Origin: Malacoraja senta
Taxonomy: Eukaryota
Reading direction: 5' to 3'
Length of the DNA stretch: 26,819 nucleotides
Assembly: GCA_038087875.1 (NCBI GenBank)
Contig: JAXLNO010000188.1
Location: 62,001-88,819 of the forward strand
Position 1 is the stretch's first letter; every line of letters starts with the position of its first letter. This document shows, one piece after another, positions 20,940-26,819 of the stretch. A model generated the notes under the pieces. The model had not been told where the DNA came from. It made no database searches and saw nothing but the letters and a program-made list of their open reading frames with translations. A program made the translations under genes and the position numbers.

Positions 20940-22026
20940 AGATAGTACAATGAAGACGGGCGGCCAGGAAAACCTGTCATGTTTTTTTGGTTTTGATAAG
21001 GGAACTGGATTTGTTAAGGGAACTCAAGGGAAAGGAACCACTAGGAGTTAGAGACCACCATAGGATAAGTTTTCATCTGCAATTTGAGAGTGAGAAGGAG
21101 AAATCAGATGTGTTCGCATTGTAGTTGAGCAATGGGGACTACAGAGGCATGAGAGAGGAGCTGGCCAAATCTGACTGGAAAGAGACCCTTGAAGGGATGA
21201 CGGTAGAACAGCAATGGCAGGAATTTCTGGGAATAATGTGGAAGATGCAGGATCTTTTCATTCCAAAGAGGAAGAAGCATTCTACAAGGAGAAAGAGGTG
21301 ATCGTGGCTGATAATAAAAGTAAAGGACAGTATATATAACTAAAAGAGAAGGCATATAGCATTGCAAAGATTAGTGGGAAGCCAGAGGATTGGGAAGCTT
21401 TTAAAGAACAACAGAAACTAACTAAAAAGGCAATTTGGGGAGAAAAGATGAAATATGAAGGTAAGCTAGCTAATAATATAAAAGTGGATAGTAAGACTAT
21501 CTTCAGTTATATAAAGAGTAAGAAAGAGGCAAGAGTGGACATTGGAGAATAATGCAGGAGAAATGATAATGGGGAATAAAGAAATGGCGGAGGAGTTCAA
21601 TAACATTTTTGCATCAGTCTTCACAGTGGAAGACACCAGCAACGTGCCTGAAATTCAAGAGACTCAGGGGATGGAAGTTAGTGGAGTGGCTATTACTCGG
21701 GAGAAGGTGCTTGGGAAGCTGAAAGGGTTGAAGGTGGATAAGTCACCTGGACTGGATGGACTGCACCTTAGGGTTCAGAACGAGGTGGCTTTAGAGATTG
21801 TGGAGACAAAGGGGCTTTGGAGTGCAGGTGCAGGATTTCCAAAAAGTTAATCTGCAAGTCGAATCGGTAGGAAAGAAAGCAAAGGCAATGCTAGCATTTA
21901 TTTAGAGAGGGCTTGTATGCAAAAACAGGGATGTAATGCTGAGGCTCTATAAGGTGCTGGTCAGGCCACATTTGGAATATTGTGAACAATTTTGGGCATC
22001 ATATCTGAGGAAGGGTGTGCTGGCTC
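20940..22026 (+). mobile_element. CR1-type LINE ORF2 with the RT domain deleted
   Basis: Translates KEMAEEFNNIFASVFTVED..KLKGLKVDKSPGLDGLHLRV..EVALEIVE, then jumps to LRLYKVLVRPHLEYCEQFW. Confidence 0.88.
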
Positions 22027-22186
22027 AGGATCGAACCGGGGTCTCTACCACTGCATCACCCTCAGATACTGTGTCAGCAGTAGGGGGCAATGAATGCTTC
22101 GGGTTATCGATTGGTTACCAATCAATCATGGACGGTATTGATTTTCCCTGAGATGTTGGGGCTGTACTTCTTCAGGCAAGTTATTT

Positions 22187-22560
22187 TGTCACTCCTGACT
22201 TGTGGTTTGTAGATGGTAGGAAGCTATTGCAGCATTAGGAGAGTCCCTTTCACCCACCTCTGACTTGCTCTTCCAGCCACGGTATGTGCTCGCTTGCTGG
22301 GGTTGAGTTTCTGATGGATGGCACCTCCCTAGGATAGATGTGGGTGGTGACCAAGCAATGGTAATGGCACTCAATGTCAAGGGTAGACCAGTCGGAGGAA
22401 GGGTCCCGACCCGAAACGTCACCCATCCTTTTTCTCCAAAATTACTGCCTGATCCGCTGAGTTACTCCAGCACATTGCGCCTATCTTTGGTGTAAACCAG
22501 CATCTGCAGTTCTTTGTTGTCACGTAGGTGGTTAGACTCCCTCTTGTTGGAGATGGCTAT
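22187..22560 (-). mobile_element. Old CR1-like LINE fragment split by a Penelope repeat
   Basis: Degenerate ORF2 (ATCTACAAACCACAAGTCAGGAGT, IYKPQVRS) continues on both sides of 22388-22524. Confidence 0.55.
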
Positions 22561-22794
22561 TAATTGCATGAGCGGGACCGGCAGCATCGCTGGAGAACGA
22601 GTCTGAAGAATGGTCTTGACTCGAAACGTCAACTATTCCTTTTCTCCAGGGATGCTGTGTGACCCGCCATGTTACGCCAGCAATTTGTGTCTATAATCTT
22701 ACTGATCTGCCTGAAAAAAATAGAACTTCACTGTACCTTGGTACACTGTGGATGGCTCAATTGTAATCATGTATTGTCTTCCGCTGACTGGTTA

Positions 22795-23095
22795 AGCCCC
22801 TGTCCCACTTTCCAGAGTTACTCACGAATTCTCCCGAGTTTTCCCCTTGATTCAAACTCGGAGATGCCAGCCGTAGGTACTCGGGGCTATTTTTATTTTT
22901 ACTCGTGGATATTTTTCAACATGCTGAAAAAACGTCCCGACTTACCTGATGCCCCGAGTACCTACGGCTGGCATTACGACCCGCTACGAAATATCTACGG
23001 ACTCCTCCGGCCTCGCTACGGACATTCTCCAAGTTTGAATCAAGGGGAAAACTCGGGAGAATTCGAGAGTAACTCGGGAAAGTGGGACAGGGGCT
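22795..23095. mobile_element. PIF/Harbinger-type MITE (301 bp)
   Basis: About 70-bp TIRs (AGCCCCTGTCCCACTTTCC.GAGTTACTC.CGAATTCTCCCGAGTTTTCCCCTTGATTCAAACT.GGAGA). TTA TSD at 22792-22794 and 23096-23098. Inserted into a LINE 3' tail. Confidence 0.85.
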
Positions 23096-23245
23096 TTAGC
23101 ACGCTACAAAAGCTTTTCACTGTACCTCTGTACATGTGACAATAAACTCAACTGAACTAAGTGATAAAAGAACCATTGTGCCCAAATATTTGAAGCTAAT
23201 ATTTGGGAGACAGACCGAAACAACCCGTCAGAGGGTGAAAATAAA

Positions 23246-23251
23246 TTTATT
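23246..23251 (-). terminator. Putative poly(A) signal AATAAA of the upstream SLC47A paralogue
   Basis: AATAAA on the minus strand about 330 nt after the stop codon, followed by a GU-rich tract (GGGTTGTTTCGGTCTGTCT). Confidence 0.6.
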
Positions 23252-23583
23252 TGCACGCACAACATTCCTGGATCTTGTAGAGGATAAAGTCACTGACGGA
23301 AATGCAGCGGTGGCTCTGGGAGGTTTGACTTTTGCAGATATCCTTCAGATAAAGCCTTCCCCCTTTCAAGCCCCCCCCCCCCCCCCCCCCCCCCCCACAC
23401 ACACACAAGATCACCCAGGCCTTAGGTAAAAGCAGCACCATGGACTGTGTGGGAAGCACGGCCCAGGGATGCCGTACAGTCTCAGCCCCCTCGCCAACTT
23501 CACCAGAAGTGTTGCACCAGTCAATCTCCGTCCACGGCAGCGAAACGCCACCAGCTCTCTACACCCGTCGTAGCCACCGCGGT

Positions 23584-23782
23584 TCACGTCCCTATCTCAA
23601 CGGTAAAGTGGATCACGAGTCCAGCGCCAGTATGATCAGCGCCGAGAGGAGCGCCAGCCCACGGCGGAGGATCAGATGCTTCAAGGGCAAGAGGTGCCCG
23701 ACCGTAACAGGTGCCAGCGTCTCACACGAGTCACCGATCAGTCGATCCCCCTCAGCATCGCTCCCCGTCTCCCCGATGCTCT
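23584..23782 (-). CDS. SLC47A1: SLC47A-like upstream paralogue, terminal coding exon (C-terminal TM helix); 1-nt deletion near 23622
   Basis: TTTTACTTCACAG acceptor. Encodes SIGETGSDAEGDRLIGDSCETLAPVTVGHLLPLKHLILRRGLALLSALIILAL, compared with MATE1 LSRKQLVLRRGLLLLGVFLILLVG. As assembled it stops at TGA 23613-23615. Restoring one base gives GLVIHFTVEIGT with a stop at 23584-23586. Confidence 0.88.
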
Positions 23783-24125
23783 CTGTGAAGTAAAACAACT
23801 GCATCTTAGTTCACAGAGGGACGTTAATTCTGTCAAGAGTCCCCAATGTGTCCCGGGGAAACTCTGTCAAACAAGGTGACTTTCAGTAGTATTCTCAATG
23901 CCTCCGAACATAAGATACAAGGACCAACAAACAAAAGCTTGGTCACAAAAGGACACAAAGTGCTGGAGTAACTCAGCGGGTCAGGCAGCATCTCAGGAGA
24001 ACATGGATAGGTCATAGAGTGATACAGTGTGGAAACAAGCCCTTCGGCCCAACTTGCACACATGTCCCAGCTACACTAGTCCCACCTGCCTGCATTTGGT
24101 CCATATCCCTACAAACCTGTCCTAT

Positions 24126-24755
24126 CAATTCAATTCAATTCCTTTATTGTCATCTTGCAAGCAACAGTTGTGCAGTGCAAAACGAAAAGACGTTTCCCAG
24201 GGAATACCGGAGCATCGCACATGACGTTTAAAACATTTCACACATAATAATAACACTAAAAACAATCCAGTCCCTGATGGAACAGTATAAGTTAAAATAG
24301 ATACAAACAACGTTAAAATACAGTGAGACCAATCATAAACATGTCCGGGGTGGCTGATTTGAGTGGCCAGTGCCAGTTATTGAAGTGGCCAGTGCCAGTT
24401 ATTAAAGTGTCCGTGCCAAGCCGCAGAATCAGGTGACTGTGAGTACAGAGTGGCTGTTTAGCAGCCTCACAGCATATGGCAGGAAGCTGTTTAGCAGTCT
24501 TGTAGTCCGGGCTTTGATGCTGCGATATCTCTTGCCTGATGGCAGGAGATCCAGGTGTATGTGGAGGGTGTGCAGTTTGTCCTTAGCAATTTTGGGGGCT
24601 TTTTTCCGACAGCGGCTCAGGAACAGTTCTTGTACCGAGGGTAGGGAGACGCCAATGATCTTCTCTGCTCCCCTCACTACCCTCTGCAGAGCCTTCCTGT
24701 CCGAGCAGTTGCAGGTGGAGTACCACGTATTTAAACAGTACGTGAGTACAGACTC
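24126..24755 (-). mobile_element. Rex1/Babar-like LINE 3' end nested in a CR1 tail
   Basis: Translates ESVLTYCLNTWYSTCNCSDRKALQRVVRGAEKIIG..LLPSGKRYRSIKARTTRLLNSFLPYAVRLLN. AATAAA plus (TGAAT)n tail. CR1 continues at 24012-24125 and 24756-24960. Confidence 0.85.
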
Positions 24756-24964
24756 CACCTGCCTAACTGTTTCTTAAATGTTGGGATGGTCCCTGCCTGA
24801 ACTACCTCCTCTGGCAGCTTGTTCCATTCACCCACCATCCTTTGTGTGAAAAAGTTACACCTCAGATTCCTATTGAATCTTTTCCGCTTCACCTTAAACC
24901 TATGTGCTCTTGTCCTCAATTCACCTGTGACTCTGTGCATCTACCCGATCTATTCTTCTCAGGT

Positions 24965-25322
24965 GATGTAAGGCCTGGGTGGAGTGGTTGTGGAGAGAAT
25001 GTTTCCACTAGTTGGAGAATGTAGGACCAGAGTGCACAGCCTCAGAATTAAAGGACGCACCTTTAGAAAGGAGATGTGAAGGAATTCCTTTAAACACAGG
25101 GCGTGAACCAATGGAATGCATTGTTACAGACGGCAATGTATGCCAAGTCATCGTGTATTTTTAAAGTGGGGATTGACAGGTTCTTGATTAGTACCAGTCT
25201 CAAAGGTTACAGGGAGAAGGCAGGAGATGCAGTTGAAAGGGAAAGGTAGATCAGCCATGATTGAATGGGGGAGCAGACTCGATGGATCAAATGGCCTGAG
25301 TCTGCTTCAATGTCTTATGAAC
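24965..25322 (+). mobile_element. CR1-type LINE 3' end
   Basis: Reverse-complement similarity to 15912-16270. Another copy runs from about 26595 to the window end. Confidence 0.8.
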
Positions 25323-25324
25323 GT

Positions 25325-25606
25325 TTCAGGCGAGAAGGGTCCCGTCTCAAAACGTCACCTATCCATGTTCTCCAGAGATGCTGCCGGACCTGATGAGTTA
25401 CTCCAGCACTTTGTGTCCTTTCGTGTAAACCAGCATCTGCAGTTCTACTTCCTAAAATGTCCCATCCCAGACATCTCTCAATCCTGGCAAACGTCGTTAA
25501 CTCCAATCTACAAAAGGACACAAAGTGCTGGAGTAACTCAGCGAGTCAGGCAGCATCTCTGGAGAACATGGATAGATGACCTTTCATGTTGAGACCTATC
25601 TTCACA
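25325..25606. mobile_element. Two short Penelope terminal repeats (+ then -)
   Basis: Shared CTCCAGAGATGCTGCC..GAGTTACTCCAGCAC motif in opposite orientations. Further copies lie near 1-33, 1700-1940, 2905-3000, 3424-3522, 11565-11710, 14430-14760, 15250-15692, 16590-16760, 18462-18600, 20545-20805, 22388-22695 and 23945-24011. Confidence 0.7.
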
Positions 25607-25662
25607 TCTCAATCCTCTCTTTTCCCGACCTGCTCCACGTACATTACATAAACTATTGTTAC

Positions 25663-25744
25663 CTGTCACGTCACCTTCCGTGCGGTCACTGACGGTGATG
25701 CTCGGGGAGTTTCCGTCACTCTTCACGCCCGCGTTAATCAGGGC
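25663..25744 (-). CDS. SLC47A1: SLC47A-like transporter (upstream paralogue), penultimate exon (82 bp)
   Basis: TTTAAAG acceptor and GTAACA donor. Encodes ALINAGVKSDGNSPSITVSDRTEGDVT, resembling the MATE1 'AQVHANLK' exon start. Its phase-1 end joins in frame (G+AG=Glu) with the terminal exon. Confidence 0.75.
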
Positions 25745-25977
25745 CTTTAAATGTAACACAAGACCTTTATCAGAAGCAGACAGCATGGCGAGAGCGGATA
25801 GCATCTACACTGTGATCTCCCAGCAATGTATCACCTTTGAAAGCTTTGAAACCAGCGATATTGTTGGAAGATCACATTCAGCCCATCACTCCCGTGCCTG
25901 GTCTTCTAATCTCAAGCTAGTTCTATTCCCTGCCTCCTTCCTCCAGCTGTGAAAATTAGCCCTCAAGTATTACTCAA

Positions 25978-26283
25978 TGCACAGTGGCGCAGCTGTGGAT
26001 TTGCTGCCTTGCAGAGCCAGAGACCCAGGTTTCATCCCGACTGCGAGTGCTGTCTGTACGGAGTTTGTACGTTCTCCCCGTGACTCGCGTGGGTTTTATC
26101 CAAGATCTTCGGTTTCCTCCCACACTCCAAAGACGTACAGGTTTGTCGGTTAATTGGCTTGGTATAAATGGAAATTGTCCCTAGTGTGTGCAGGATTGTG
26201 CTAGTGTGCGGGGATCGCTGGTCGGTGCGGACTCGATGGGCCGAAGGGCCTGTTCCGAGCTGCATCTCGAAACTAAACTAAAC
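25978..26283 (+). mobile_element. V-SINE (HE1-like)
   Basis: Head, V-domain and (AAACT)n tail. Confidence 0.85.
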
Positions 26284-26819
26284 GAAGCCCGTCTAGATTG
26301 GATTTGGATACCCTACACACCTTCTGGAGGCAGGTGGAACTGCACCTACAACCACCACAACCTTACGATTCAATTGGGTAGCTGGCAACCCAGTGGTATG
26401 AACGTTGAATTCTCCCATTTCAAGTAATACCCCCCCCGAGCCCCACTCTCTTCCCTGTGCACTTCCCACTCCGATGCACACCCACTATCCCCCAACCACT
26501 CCGTCATCCTGATCCTTCCCCACCTTCATAGATATATCTCCAATCCCCATGTCTCTCAACACCCCCCCCCCCCTCACCCTCTTTCCACCATTGGGAGTTC
26601 CCACTAGTGGGAGAGTCTAGGACCAGAGGGCACAGAATAAAAGTACGTACCTTTAGAAAGTAGACGAGGAGGAATTTATTTAGTCAGAGGGTGGTGAATC
26701 TGTTGAATTCATTGCCACAGACGGCTGTGGAGGCCGCCAATGGATATTTTAAAGGCAGAGATTGACAGATTCTTGATTAGTACAGGTGTCAGGGGTTATG
26801 GGGAGAAGGCAGATGAATG

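Noticed and set aside
23440..23879. Plus-strand ORFs of 62-117 aa
   Set aside because: Antisense to the GC-rich terminal SLC47A exon; no recognisable homology.

Overview
Repeat-dense vertebrate genomic DNA, most likely from a cartilaginous fish (skate/ray-like, inferred only from its V-SINE, CR1 and Penelope repeat content). It carries two tandem minus-strand MATE/SLC47A multidrug-and-toxin-extrusion transporter genes. The last two exons and poly(A) signal of an upstream paralogue lie at 25744-23246, and coding exons 1-4 of a downstream paralogue lie at 14920-3018. As assembled, each gene has a 1-nt indel in a G run, which is either an assembly error or pseudogenisation. Most of the rest is transposon-derived: about 15 V-SINE (HE1-like) copies, CR1 and Rex1/Babar-like LINE fragments, more than 20 Penelope-like 3' termini with a minimal hammerhead-ribozyme motif, hAT and Harbinger MITEs, a 57-bp G-rich minisatellite and a 200-N gap. 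The most striking feature is a 138-bp retroposed element with a perfect 11-bp target-site duplication (20609-20746, minus strand). Its first 54 nt fold into a minimal HDV/CPEB3-like ribozyme that starts exactly at the insertion's 5' end, and it has inserted into a hammerhead-bearing Penelope repeat. Almost all ORF-track entries are spurious or transposon-derived. Repeat boundaries are approximate unless TIR/TSD coordinates are given.
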